64,000 nucleotides of DNA, taken from positions 11,646 through 75,645 of the forward strand of contig DASVEE010000057.1 of NCBI GenBank assembly GCA_036380735.1. The letters run 5' to 3'. Below, piece by piece: positions 10,101-21,135 of this stretch; the stretch's first letter is position 1, and every line of letters begins with the position of its first letter. The DNA is from Thermoanaerobaculia bacterium (GTDB taxonomy: Bacteria; Acidobacteriota; Thermoanaerobaculia; Gp7-AA8). Under the pieces are notes generated by a model, which saw only the letters and a program-made list of their open reading frames with translations, searched no databases and had not been told where the DNA came from. A program made the translations under genes and the position numbers.

Positions 10101-11305
10101 ACGAAGGCAGTGAACGCGACGTTGCCGCTGCCGTCGGTCTCGACGGTGCGGATTCCGAGCGGCGTTTTCCCCTCGCCGTGACCCGAGGCATGGCACTCGG
10201 GGGAACCGTAGAACTCCAGGTTGAACTGCGTGTTCGGTGTCGAGTGCAGCGTCCCTTGAATGCGTGTCGTGCCGTTGATGAGGGCGGCGGACGTGAGGAC
10301 AGGAAAGTTCTGCAGGTCGTTGGTGCCGCTGTCGCTGTCCAGGGGATCGTTCGGCGGGATACCGCCGCTGTAACTATTGTCGAACCCGATGCCGAAGTCG
10401 CGGTTGCCGAACATCGAGTTCCCGCTGATGACCACGTTCCTTCCCTGATAACCAACCCGGATCCCGGTATTGTTGCCGGCGATCGTGTTGCCGATGATGC
10501 GGGCATTCCAGATCACGTGCACTCCCGCGTGCCCGTTGCCGAAGATCTGCCCTCCGGGAGTGATGCCGATGTAGTTGTTGAGGACGAGGGCGCGGATGTC
10601 GGCCGTCGTGATCCCCGATGACAGGTTCCCGGCGATGATGTTGGCGTCGGCGGGATCCTCGCCGCCCACCAGGCGTGGATCGCTCAGACCTGAGCCATTC
10701 GGTACGGCGGCCGTGCCGGACGCGTTGAGACCGACGATGTTGCGGCGTGCGATGTAGCGTCGGCCCCGAACGCCGATGTTGTTGCCGGAGATCACGTTGT
10801 CTTCGATGATCGCCGTCTCCAGCGCTTCAATGCCCGCCGTACCGTTCGGTCGTGCCGCGGTTCCGGTTGGATCCAGGCCGATGTAGCAGTTGCTCACCGT
10901 GCCACCGATCCAGATTGCCACACGCGGAAAGCCATTGATGACGAGCCCGCGGATCAGGGAAGCGGGGTGGCCAATCATCATTCCGAATTCCGGATTTGTG
11001 GTGAGATTCGAGCCGTCGATCTCGATCAGCGGTACGCCGGCGTAACCCGGCTGCGTGGTTCCGTCGATCAAGACTTGCCAAACGACAGTCGGCAGCGCCG
11101 TCACCGGCCTGATCGTCTGAGGGCCGGAGCCGATCTGAAAGTGAATCTCGTCGGCGTCGGCCGTCGCTTGTGCCGCGATGAGCGCCGCTCGCAACGACCC
11201 CGGGCCACTGTCGTTGGTGTTCGTGACGGTGTAGGTCGCGGCGTGAGCGGAAAGGGAAAGGAAAAGCCCGAGGAAGGTTGCGATCGCTGCGGGGCGAAGA
11301 CGCAT
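7133..11305 (-). CDS. large secreted surface protein with parallel beta-helix, Calx-beta and IPT/TIG-like domains
   Basis: signal peptide MRLRPAAIATFLGLFLSLSAHA; NosD-like beta-helix repeats (GNTIAGNNTGIRVG..., NVISGNNIGVRG); multiple Calx-beta-like (VTLAISNPTVVEGDGG..., ILNDD) and IPT-like (GPTSGGTLVDIIG) modules; 1390 aa. Confidence 0.75.
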   Translation of the reverse strand: MRLRPAAIATFLGLFLSLSAHAATYTVTNTNDSGPGSLRAALIAAQATADADEIHFQIGSGPQTIRPVTALPTVVWQVLIDGTTQPGYAGVPLIEIDGSNLTTNPEFGMMIGHPASLIRGLVINGFPRVAIWIGGTVSNCYIGLDPTGTAARPNGTAGIEALETAIIEDNVISGNNIGVRGRRYIARRNIVGLNASGTAAVPNGSGLSDPRLVGGEDPADANIIAGNLSSGITTADIRALVLNNYIGITPGGQIFGNGHAGVHVIWNARIIGNTIAGNNTGIRVGYQGRNVVISGNSMFGNRDFGIGFDNSYSGGIPPNDPLDSDSGTNDLQNFPVLTSAALINGTTRIQGTLHSTPNTQFNLEFYGSPECHASGHGEGKTPLGIRTVETDGSGNVAFTAFVVPQPQGSVITATATRLLVGTSVFSTCVPVEGPGVFSVTGAIPATEGQGLTFTISRNTAIGPAGVSFATSDIDAIAGLDYVAQSGTLAFADGELSKTVTVATIDDTLVEKAEVVRLTLSNATGGASIGGVSSWKVAINDNDRVTLAISNPTVVEGDGGTVDAVFTVTLSAAAEIPISVKLNPLNGTASASSDFVSVGGTLVFAPGETAKTFAVAVISDHTAENDEYFLLHGSSAHATGPATSMATIIDDDEVATISVTDVTVLEGAGSALVTFTASEPNTGYVEFRLVPVSASSPQDYTGTCCRRFFGGGTTATISIPIVDDSQVELDETFLVRLLAAGNGAQLGADTIATVTILNDDAGIGPATQEIAVGSSGGVRIDLGAPATAAGTILIEASNDAVSVPASLTVHPGDRGGVFEVRALTPGASAQITATLPPSLGGQTLSVSVSTYAAAKVVFSPASLSLIEGQTATVRATLEPAHTSPVTIDLETTGGVEAPSSFTIPAGGSGTFDVKALEQGGFAITATAPGSASNTSLLLGDVRATPDGPAILRLEPANGPTSGGTLVDIIGMKLRGDCVAIFGGVPARETTLISETKLQATTPSHAAGAVDVLISCGSDSSVFTNGFTYFAASPTVQNVMPRGGNVAGGTHVRIEGLNFRSGCWAFFDGTAARGVEVRSATELTAITPAHAAGEVAVAVKCTGSAADAITSKELVTSFEYVTAADPAAILEAAHPLFAAPGEQVTVTGLHFRATDRVLFDTTDATILDTAPDAHVVRVPELAPGKVAISLKGGSTLGPIFTILEPERPQITAIAPAQTTAHGEIVLQGKGFRPGYSFFVDGRKLAIVGESYTRLVARIPAGVAVGTYPIEITNAAGQLAAVGPTLRIVADGVTVRAVAPACGSNDGGTEVTIDGSGFTVGASVTFDGVAATQVTVVDATTLRAVTPAGVVGRPRIVVTNPGGAEGALTGGFVYESPFDPEGGCATRSRAARH

Positions 11306-11439
11306 AGGTGGACCTCCGTGATTGCGGTTCTCTCTGTTCGAGCTCCGCGAACGGAGGCCCGAGCGGGACGTTTATGCTTTTACAGCATAGGAGCCGCCGG
11401 GCGCAAGTGTTATCCGGGAGATCGCGGCAGGACGAGGGG

Positions 11440-11520
11440 ACGAACGGAACCTGCGAGCAAGGCTGTCGCCTGCTTACCTCAGTTCTATACGTCCCATCCG
11501 TCCCATTCGTCCTATGGCGT
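11440..11520. repeat. ATAGGAC-unit hairpin element (copy 3, degenerate left arm)
   Basis: GGGGACGAACGGAAC ... CTATACGTCCCATCCGTCCCATTCGTCCTATGG. Confidence 0.6.
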
Positions 11521-11525
11521 TGGCG

Positions 11526-13280
11526 TTACCGCACTTCCCGCGCGATCGGGTAGAGCCGGGCGCGCTCGTCGTAGTACGGCGTCTTCGTGTAGAACCAGCG
11601 CAGCCGGGCCGTGGCACTCGACCGGAACGCTTCGTCCGTCGCCAGCTTGCGGCGGAACTCCTCGGCGAGCTTCGGGTCATCGGCGAGCATCTTCTCCGCC
11701 ATGGGCTCGATGGCGTACGGCTCGATGTACTCGGTGGGGTTGAGCACCGCGTTGACGAAGCCCCACTGGAAGACGGAGTCGGGCGACGCCGGCTCGAGGA
11801 GCAGGACGGCGAGCGTGCCGAGCGGCTGGTCCGTGGGCACGCGGACGGAGCCGGCCGGGAAGCGCTCGCGGCGCCGCTCGGCGACCGGCGTCGCATTCAC
11901 GCGTACCCGTCCTTCGAACGCTTGCGCGTCGAACTTCGGGCTCTCCAGGCGGAGCATCTCCACGTCCACCTCGCGCGGCGCGGCGAGGCGCTCGTAGCGG
12001 ATGCCGTGGAGGTCGAGCTTCGCGATGACGTCGCGCCACGACGCCGGCACCCAGTACGCGGCGGGGCGCGTCACGGTCGTCGCGGGCTGGCTGGCGAGGA
12101 AGTACGGGATGCGCAGCGTCACCGGCTTGCCGGTGTACTCCCACCGCACGTCGCCGCTCACGGCGGACAGGTGCGGCTTCGCTTCAATGCCGAGGAACTC
12201 GATCGTCGGCGGGTCGCCGTCGGGGCGCTTCCACGACGTCGTGACCGTCGCCGCTTTGCGTGCGCGATCCTCGTCCGTTGCTCGCTGCAGCGCGGCGGCG
12301 TTTGCGCCGAGCGTGCGGAGCGACTGCTCCAGAAAGACGTACGTGCCGAGGACGCGCTGGTCGTACGGCTTGAGGGAGTGGTTCTCGAGCAGCACGGTGG
12401 CCATGTGCCGCGCGTCGCCGTAGCCGTGCGAGAGGCGCGGATCGGACGGGCGATCGGCAATCCCCTGCGTCACGTCGTCGCCGGCGATGCCGAAGACGAG
12501 CGGCCCGGGGATGTGCCCCATCTGCCGCAGGCCGTTGGTGACGGCGGGGCGATAAGTCGTGGTCAGCCAGTTGGCGATGGCGGGGGAGTGCGCCCCTTCG
12601 CCGTTGAAGCCGAACGTGATGTCGTACTGATAGTCGGCGCCGTCGGTGACGTGGAGGTCGAGGTAGAGATCGGGAGCGTACGTCGCCAGCGCCCGCAGCA
12701 TCGCCTGCATCTCCGGCGTGTCCGCCTTCATGTAGTCGCGATTCAGGTTGTAGTTCTGCGACGTGGTACGCCAGCCGCTGACTTCCGGCCCGCGCTGGTT
12801 GGGGCGCGAGAAGCGCGAGGTGCGCTCGTGGCCGTCGACGTTGAAGATGGGGACGAAGAGGAAGTTGACCGAGTCGAGCAGCTCCTTCTTCGTTCCTCGC
12901 ACGGTCATGTCGCGCAGGAGCATGAGCCCCGCGTCCTTGCCGTCGATCTCTCCGGCGTGAATGCCGCCCTGCGCGAACAGCGTCGGCTTGCGCTTGAGCG
13001 CATCCGCCCCCGTCGACGCGATCACCATCCAGATATCCCGCCCCTCGGCCGACTTCCCGAGGCTGACCATTCGCAGCTGCGGCGCCGCGGCGACGAGCCG
13101 CTTCAGATAAGCGACGGTTTCGTCATAGGTGGGCGTCTCCCGCAAGCCGGATTTCTCACTCGGCGTGATCCACGGATCGTTCGCCGGCACGACCAGCCGC
13201 CGGCTGGCCCCGTCCCACGGCGGCAGAGGAGGAAGGATCGCGGTCTGGAAGAGCAAAGCAAAAACAAGTGCGCGCATCAT
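11526..13280 (-). CDS. M14 family zinc carboxypeptidase (secreted)
   Basis: signal peptide MMRALVFALLFQTAIL; HxxE zinc motif region GGIHAGEIDG, GKSAEGRDIWMV typical of M14; start at ATG-ATG 13275-13280 inside track ORF 11526..13352. Confidence 0.7.
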   Translation of the reverse strand: MMRALVFALLFQTAILPPLPPWDGASRRLVVPANDPWITPSEKSGLRETPTYDETVAYLKRLVAAAPQLRMVSLGKSAEGRDIWMVIASTGADALKRKPTLFAQGGIHAGEIDGKDAGLMLLRDMTVRGTKKELLDSVNFLFVPIFNVDGHERTSRFSRPNQRGPEVSGWRTTSQNYNLNRDYMKADTPEMQAMLRALATYAPDLYLDLHVTDGADYQYDITFGFNGEGAHSPAIANWLTTTYRPAVTNGLRQMGHIPGPLVFGIAGDDVTQGIADRPSDPRLSHGYGDARHMATVLLENHSLKPYDQRVLGTYVFLEQSLRTLGANAAALQRATDEDRARKAATVTTSWKRPDGDPPTIEFLGIEAKPHLSAVSGDVRWEYTGKPVTLRIPYFLASQPATTVTRPAAYWVPASWRDVIAKLDLHGIRYERLAAPREVDVEMLRLESPKFDAQAFEGRVRVNATPVAERRRERFPAGSVRVPTDQPLGTLAVLLLEPASPDSVFQWGFVNAVLNPTEYIEPYAIEPMAEKMLADDPKLAEEFRRKLATDEAFRSSATARLRWFYTKTPYYDERARLYPIAREVR

Positions 13281-13354
13281 TGCCGCGCATTGTATTGGGA
13301 CTGCGCCGCCACCGCCCCCGACGATGGGGCGAACCGCGCGGGGAAGGGGCAAGG

Positions 13355-13475
13355 GGGAACGGTAGGACGAATAGGACGGATAGGACGGATAGGACCTATA
13401 GGACCGATCCGCGCCAACCCATCGCCGTCGACCGCCTTTGTCCCATTCGTCCTATCGTTCCCTTGCGCTACACAA
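13355..13475. repeat. ATAGGAC-unit hairpin element (copy 4)
   Basis: GGTAGGACGAATAGGACGGATAGGACGGATAGGACCTATAGGAC ... GTCCCATTCGTCCTATCGTTCC in divergent intergenic region. Confidence 0.85.
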
Positions 13476-13496
13476 CGACGTGTGTAAGATTTAGCC

Positions 13497-13697
13497 ATGG
13501 CGACCAATCTGGCGATCGATGACCGCCTCCTCGAAGAAGCACAGAAGATCGGCGGGCATCGCACGAAGAAGGCGACCGTGACCGAAGCTCTGCAGGAGTA
13601 CATTCAGCACCGGAAGCAGGTGAAGATCCTTGACCTCTTCGGCAAGGTCGAATTCGATCCGAAACACGACTACAAGAAGCAGCGCCGCAAGGCATGA
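13497..13697 (+). CDS. vapB: type II antitoxin VapB family
   Basis: 66-aa protein immediately upstream of and overlapping (ATGA) a PIN-domain gene. Confidence 0.7.
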   Translation: MATNLAIDDRLLEEAQKIGGHRTKKATVTEALQEYIQHRKQVKILDLFGKVEFDPKHDYKKQRRKA

Positions 13698-14113
13698 ATG
13701 TGCTGGTTGATACGGCGGTCTGGTCGCTTGCGCTGCGCCGCAAGAGCGGCCGGGGGAACGAGACCGCGACCCTGGAGCTGGCGTCACTGATCCATGAGCG
13801 GCGTGTCGCCATCATCGGACCGATCCGGCAGGAACTGCTGTCCGGCATCAAAGAACGAGCGCAGTTCGATCGTTTGCGCGACAACCTGCGGGCCTTCAGC
13901 GACACTGAGATCACGTCCGCCGACTACGAAGAAGCGGCGGCGTTCTACAACCGTTGCCGTGAGAAGGGGATTCAGGGATCGAACACCGACTTTCTCATTT
14001 GCGCCGTTGCCGTGCGCCGCGAGTTTTCAATCTACACCACCGACGAGGATTTCACGCATTTCGCGCGCGTCCTGCCGATCGTCCTTCACCAGCGCCAGAC
14101 TAACGCTGAATAG
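13694..14113 (+). CDS. vapC: PIN-domain toxin VapC
   Basis: MNVLVDTAVW... with conserved acidic residues (D at position 6, E ~40, D ~ 98 TDEDF) characteristic of PIN/VapC; 4-bp overlap with vapB. Confidence 0.85.
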   Translation: MNVLVDTAVWSLALRRKSGRGNETATLELASLIHERRVAIIGPIRQELLSGIKERAQFDRLRDNLRAFSDTEITSADYEEAAAFYNRCREKGIQGSNTDFLICAVAVRREFSIYTTDEDFTHFARVLPIVLHQRQTNAE

Positions 14114-14136
14114 CACCTCTCGGACGTCGACCGCCT

Positions 14137-14187
14137 CTATCCCATCCGTCCCATTCGTCCTATAGGTCCTATTCGTCCCATCGTTCC
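14137..14187. repeat. ATAGGAC-unit element, single arm (copy 5)
   Basis: CTATCCCATCCGTCCCATTCGTCCTATAGGTCCTATTCGTCCCATCG. Confidence 0.6.
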
Positions 14188-14191
14188 CCGC

Positions 14192-14226
14192 CCCAAAAAC
14201 AAAAAGGGCGGCCTTTCGGCCGCCCT
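14192..14226 (-). terminator. intrinsic terminator of M16 peptidase gene
   Basis: on minus strand GGGCGGCC-GAAA-GGCCGCCC stem followed by TTTTTGTTTTT, 20 nt after stop at 14247. Confidence 0.8.
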
Positions 14227-14246
14227 TCTCAGTCGATCGCTGCCGT

Positions 14247-17117
<2,871 letters not shown>

Positions 17118-17249
17118 AGTTCTCCTCTTGTGTTCGCTGTGCGACAGAGTGCCGCAGGGTTGCTTACGAGGTTAACGCGGGGGAGGTTGCGGACATTCGG
17201 GGGCGTTATCGTTTTCTGGTGTCCGTTTTCGGTGGCCGTGGTGCTGCGC

Positions 17250-17387
17250 GACGGACGGTTGAATTTCGAATTTCGAATTTCGAATGAAGAAAGAGGTGCG
17301 GCCCTCTGGGCCGGCGTCAGGTTGCGCGCGCGAAGCGCCTCCTTTTTCTTCATTCGAAATTCGAAATTCGAAATTCAACCCTCCGTC
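17250..17387. repeat. large hairpin with arms of tandem GAATTTC heptamers (45-bp arms, 42-nt loop)
   Basis: GACGGACGGTTGAATTTCGAATTTCGAATTTCGAATGAAGAAAGAGG ... CCTCCTTTTTCTTCATTCGAAATTCGAAATTCGAAATTCAACCCTCCGTC. Confidence 0.9.
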
Positions 17388-17664
17388 ACTCCGGCGCGGC
17401 CCGCTCTTCAATTTCCAGCGGCCCTTCCTTCAAGTCCTCCCGGATGATGAGCTCCAGAAACAGCTCCCGCACCCCGGTTGCTCCCCGTTCGCGGTACACG
17501 CGACGGACGTCGGACGGCTCAAGCCGGATGCCGGTCATCGTCTCCAGGTACTGGCAGAACACCACCGCGCGGGAACGGAAGGAGATGATGAGGATGATGA
17601 GCAGAACGAGGGCGAAGAGGAGCGGCGTGGCCGCGGCGATGCTGTCGAGCTCGAAGATGTTCAT
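17386..17664 (-). CDS. small hypothetical membrane protein (92 aa)
   Basis: ATG at 17664 (MNIFELDSIAAATPLLFALVLLIILIISF...), one TM helix then charged tail; rest of track ORF upstream is likely non-coding. Confidence 0.4.
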   Translation of the reverse strand: MNIFELDSIAAATPLLFALVLLIILIISFRSRAVVFCQYLETMTGIRLEPSDVRRVYRERGATGVRELFLELIIREDLKEGPLEIEERAAPE

Positions 17665-17742
17665 CGGACCGCCGAAATCGTAACAGATTCGGCCGGACCC
17701 GCTTCGGCACCGATGTTGTAAATAAGAGGAGCGGAGGTATGC

Positions 17743-17976
17743 ATGGCCGAAGAACGTTACGAGCCCGTCTCGTGCGACTACCATGACCAGCTCGAAGCCG
17801 CAGCGATGCACAAGAACGATGTGGAGCTGGAGTTCGAGCTGGAAGGGGTGACTCAGAAGGAACGCGGCAAGATCGAGGACGTATATACGTCCGATGGCGC
17901 CGAGTTCGTCCGCTTCGCCTCGGATTCAGGGCCGCTCGAAATCAGACTGGACCATATAATCTCGATGAAAGAATAG
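17743..17976 (+). CDS. rof: Rho-binding antiterminator Rof/YaeO family
   Basis: 77 aa; PVSCDYHDQLEAAAM ... LEFELEG ... resembles E. coli Rof (PINCDDYDNLELACQ...). Confidence 0.6.
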   Translation: MAEERYEPVSCDYHDQLEAAAMHKNDVELEFELEGVTQKERGKIEDVYTSDGAEFVRFASDSGPLEIRLDHIISMKE

Positions 17977-17977
17977 G

Positions 17978-18040
17978 TCCGGGGCTCAGGGCCCAGGCTT
18001 CCCGGGCTTCTCGGAGCCCTGAGCCCTGAGCCCTGAGCCC
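17978..18040. repeat. GC-rich hairpin with (GAGCCCT)x3.5 tandem heptamer arm
   Basis: GGGGCTCAGGGCCCAGG...GGAGCCCTGAGCCCTGAGCCCTGAGCCC between rof stop and next start. Confidence 0.75.
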
Positions 18041-18046
18041 TACACG

Positions 18047-18763
18047 ATGCCCAAACTTCTCTTCTACGTCGGGACGGCCTTCTGCCTCTTCCTCGCCCTC
18101 ACCAGCGGCGCGGAGGCGTTCCGTGAGCTGGAGACGAGCGCCCTCGCGTTCGTCGGGCTGCCGCTGTCGGCTGCGTCGCCGTGGGCCATCTTCGTGGCCC
18201 TCCTCGCCGGGCTGGCCATCGCGGCCATCTTCCTGCGGATGTCGGCGCTGCTCGCTGCCCGCAACCTGTTCGGAGCCTTCTTCGGCATCGTCGCCGTCAC
18301 AGGTGGACTGATCTCGCTGGCCTTCGCGCTCCTCGTCCAGTGGCGCATCGTCCGTGGCGACGTCGCCGCCTCCCCGCTCCTCGGCGAGTTGCATCTGGCG
18401 TCGGTGCTGGCGTTCGGCTTCTTCCTCTCCATGAGCCTTCTGGCGCTGCGGCCGTACTTCAGCATCCAGGCGAGCCGCTTCCTCTCCGCGCTCGTCTTTC
18501 TGCCGCTGCCGCTGTTCGCGCTCATCCTGCTGCAGGAGCTTTTCCTCGCCACCTCGGCCGCCCCGCTCCCGGCCGCGACCCCCGCGTCGCGCGTCTATTT
18601 CGCCGTGTTGTCGATCCTCTTCTTCGCCATCGCCGTCCACTGCATCCGCCACCGCCACCTCTTCCTTGAGATGACCAACCTCCGCGAACTGATGGACGGC
18701 CGCGTCGACCCGCTGGGGCGCGCATCCCGCCGACCGATCGGCGGCGTGGCCTTCGATTCTTAG
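18047..18763 (+). CDS. hypothetical polytopic membrane protein
   Basis: ATG 18047; at least 6 hydrophobic helices, Ala/Leu-rich. Confidence 0.5.
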   Translation: MPKLLFYVGTAFCLFLALTSGAEAFRELETSALAFVGLPLSAASPWAIFVALLAGLAIAAIFLRMSALLAARNLFGAFFGIVAVTGGLISLAFALLVQWRIVRGDVAASPLLGELHLASVLAFGFFLSMSLLALRPYFSIQASRFLSALVFLPLPLFALILLQELFLATSAAPLPAATPASRVYFAVLSILFFAIAVHCIRHRHLFLEMTNLRELMDGRVDPLGRASRRPIGGVAFDS

Positions 18764-18774
18764 CGGCGCCCCTA

Positions 18775-18820
18775 GATAGGACGAATGGGACCGATAGGAC
18801 GAATAGGACCTATGGGACCG
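18775..18820. repeat. ATAGGAC-unit element, single arm (copy 6)
   Basis: GATAGGACGAATGGGACCGATAGGACGAATAGGACCTATGGGACC. Confidence 0.6.
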
Positions 18821-18898
18821 CAGCGCCGCGTATCGGTGGGGCTACCGAGGTAGGTACCATACGTACTGCTGTTTCGGTTGCCCTATTGCCCTGTTGTT

Positions 18899-20401
18899 TT
18901 ACGGCCTTACGCCCGCCGGCCGCAGTTCCCGTGGCCTTGCACATGCCGCCGCATCGCGCGTTAACTCCCATCGGCGTTCCTCCACGCGATGCCACGCTTT
19001 CGACCGCGCCACGTTCCAGGTGCGCCAGCGCGGCGGGGTGGTCGGCTGCGTGCGCAGCAGCAGCTTCGCGGCGCAGGGTGGCAGCGGCGTGCCGCGCTCG
19101 AGCAGCGCCAGGCGGGCGTCGGCGCTGAGGCGGCCGTGGTAGCCGACGTCGAACGGGCGTACGCCGGCGCTCGCGCGAGCGCGGTTCGTGCGCACGATCA
19201 GCGCGTCGGGATTGATCGCGTGCAGCGTCATCAGAGCGACGAAGCCGGTGGCAATCGCTCCGATGGCGAAGCGCTCGCGGCGTCCTGACAGCGCGGTCAC
19301 CGCCAGCCAGACCAGCAGCGCCGCCAGCCACACGATGAACGCGGTCGTGTACACGCGCAGCTCGGTCAGACCGTACTCGTCGCGGTACAACTCCATGCGG
19401 CGGTAAGCCGAGGCGGCGATGACCAGGACCAGCGCCACCATGGCGTAGGTGAGGATGCGGAAGAAACGAAGCGCCTTCGCGTCCTCTTTGTTCACGATCC
19501 ACTCGGCGAAAAGCAGCAGCGGGATCACCAGTGCGACGACGATCGCCAGCTCGAAGAACCCTCGGCGCGCGTACTCCGCGTACGTCAGCGATTCCGTGAC
19601 CCGGATGACGGTCGTGCCTCCGAAGAGATAGCGGAACTGCACGGCCACGAACGCGGCGAACATCACGTTGACCAGCGTCAGCGCCACGTTCAGCTCCGCC
19701 GCGCGAAGCGTCAGCACCCGCGGTTTCTCCCGGCGCGGCATCGGGCCGCTGGCGATGAGGCTGCGGAAGAAGCACGCCGCGATGACGCCGACGACCAGCG
19801 TCACGAAGACGTGAGCGAAGAGGTCGATGATGTCGACGAAGATCAGGTCGCGCAACAGCTCCGCGAACGCCGCATCGGCGGAGCCGAGGAGGACGCCGAA
19901 GATCAGGAGGAGCGGGAAGGCGAGGAGGCCGCCGCGGATCAGCGTCATCAGGCGCGAGCTGCCGTCACCGCTCGCCAGGCGCCGCCACTGCAGGTCGGAG
20001 AAGGGGAGCTGGAACAGCGCGCCGATCGTCTGCCCCGCGGTCGTGACGATCGCCGCGGCGAGCTCCATCAACCCCGCGGCCGTCGCCCGCACCTCGCGCG
20101 CCGGCAGCGCGACGAGCAGGAGCATGAAGTGACCGACCACCACGTCGAGCCAGACGAGCGGCGCCGCGTCGCGCCAGACGATCCCGATCGCCGCGAGCAG
20201 CGCACAGAGGCCGGGCAACAGGAGCCGGACGAGCGGCTGCGGCCGGAAGCGCTGCGTGAGCGTAACGGCCGCGGCGACGAACAGCAGCGTCCAGAGCGCC
20301 ACATTCAGTCCCCACGGGATGTGGCGGAGGAGCACCGAGGCGGCGAGCCCGATCCCCAGCCCGGTGAGGGCCACGTTCACGGCGGCGCGGTGGTCGTACA
20401 T
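18899..20401 (-). CDS. large polytopic membrane protein (DUF4153/DUF4173-like)
   Basis: start at first true ATG 20401 (MYDHRAAVNVALTGLGIGL...); more than 10 predicted TM helices; upstream part of track ORF 18899..20698 is the 21-bp array read in frame. Confidence 0.55.
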   Translation of the reverse strand: MYDHRAAVNVALTGLGIGLAASVLLRHIPWGLNVALWTLLFVAAAVTLTQRFRPQPLVRLLLPGLCALLAAIGIVWRDAAPLVWLDVVVGHFMLLLVALPAREVRATAAGLMELAAAIVTTAGQTIGALFQLPFSDLQWRRLASGDGSSRLMTLIRGGLLAFPLLLIFGVLLGSADAAFAELLRDLIFVDIIDLFAHVFVTLVVGVIAACFFRSLIASGPMPRREKPRVLTLRAAELNVALTLVNVMFAAFVAVQFRYLFGGTTVIRVTESLTYAEYARRGFFELAIVVALVIPLLLFAEWIVNKEDAKALRFFRILTYAMVALVLVIAASAYRRMELYRDEYGLTELRVYTTAFIVWLAALLVWLAVTALSGRRERFAIGAIATGFVALMTLHAINPDALIVRTNRARASAGVRPFDVGYHGRLSADARLALLERGTPLPPCAAKLLLRTQPTTPPRWRTWNVARSKAWHRVEERRWELTRDAAACARPRELRPAGVRP

Positions 20402-20465
20402 GGTGAACTTTGTACTGCAAAGCGCCGCGATTGTCCATTGCGACGCGGAGCCGGACGTCACGACG

Positions 20466-20945
20466 CTGAGATCGAGGACCTCAACGTTGAAGTCGCGCAT
20501 CTCAACGTTGAAGTCGCGGACCCCAACGTTGAAGTCCCGGACCTCGACGTTGAGGTGGCGGGACCCCAACGTTGAAGTCGCGGACCCCAACGTTGAAGTC
20601 CCGGACCTCGACGTTGAAGTGGCGGACCCCAACGTTGAAGTCCCGGACCTCGACGTTGGAGTCGCGGACCCCGACGTTGGAGTCCCGGACCTCAACATTG
20701 AAGTCGCGGCACCCCAACGTTGAAGTCGCGGACCTCGACGTCGAAGTCGCGGACCCCAACGTTGAAGTCGCCGACCCCGACGTTGGAGTCGCGGACCCCG
20801 ACGTTGGAGTCCCGGACCTCAACATTGAAGTCGCGGCACCCCGACGTTGAAGTCGCGGACCCCAACGTTGAAGTCGCCGACCCCAACGTTGAAGTCGCGT
20901 ACCTCAACGTTGAAGTCGCGCACCTCAACGTTGAAGTTGCGCATC
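20466..20945. repeat. tandem array 1: about 23 copies of 21-bp unit CCAACGTTGAAGTCGCGGACC
   Basis: near-identical units with T/C and A/G variants, each containing the palindrome CCAACGTTGG core; lies 65 bp upstream of gene 18899..20401. Confidence 0.95.
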
Positions 20946-20948
20946 CCG

Positions 20949-21062
20949 GGGTTGGGGCCGGGGGACGATAGGACAAATAGGACGAATAGGACCGATGGGA
21001 CGAATAGGACGCAGACCGATGCCATAGGTCCCATGGGTCCTATCCGTCCTATCGTCCGCCCG
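20949..21062. repeat. ATAGGAC-unit hairpin element (copy 7)
   Basis: GGGACGATAGGACAAATAGGACGAATAGGACCGATGGGACGAATAGGAC ... GTCCCATGGGTCCTATCCGTCCTATCGTCC. Confidence 0.85.
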
Positions 21063-21135
21063 GCCCGGTCTCCCCCGGCCGGATCCGCCATACCGCCGGT
21101 GACGGCGCCCCACGCCGCCGTAGAATGCGCGCCGC

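Noticed and set aside
17172-17447. ORFs 17172..17411 and 17284..17721 with FEFRISNEE peptides
   Set aside because: They lie on the two arms of the GAATTTC hairpin. Palindromic peptide pairs are an artefact of the inverted repeat.
20572-20976. Short ORFs within array 1 encoding RTPTLKS/NVEVADP heptad peptides (for example 20572..20850, 20720..20971, 20502..20825)
   Set aside because: They are translations of a 21-bp DNA repeat, open in all frames on both strands with no RBS. The regularity is at DNA level (identical codons), not protein level.
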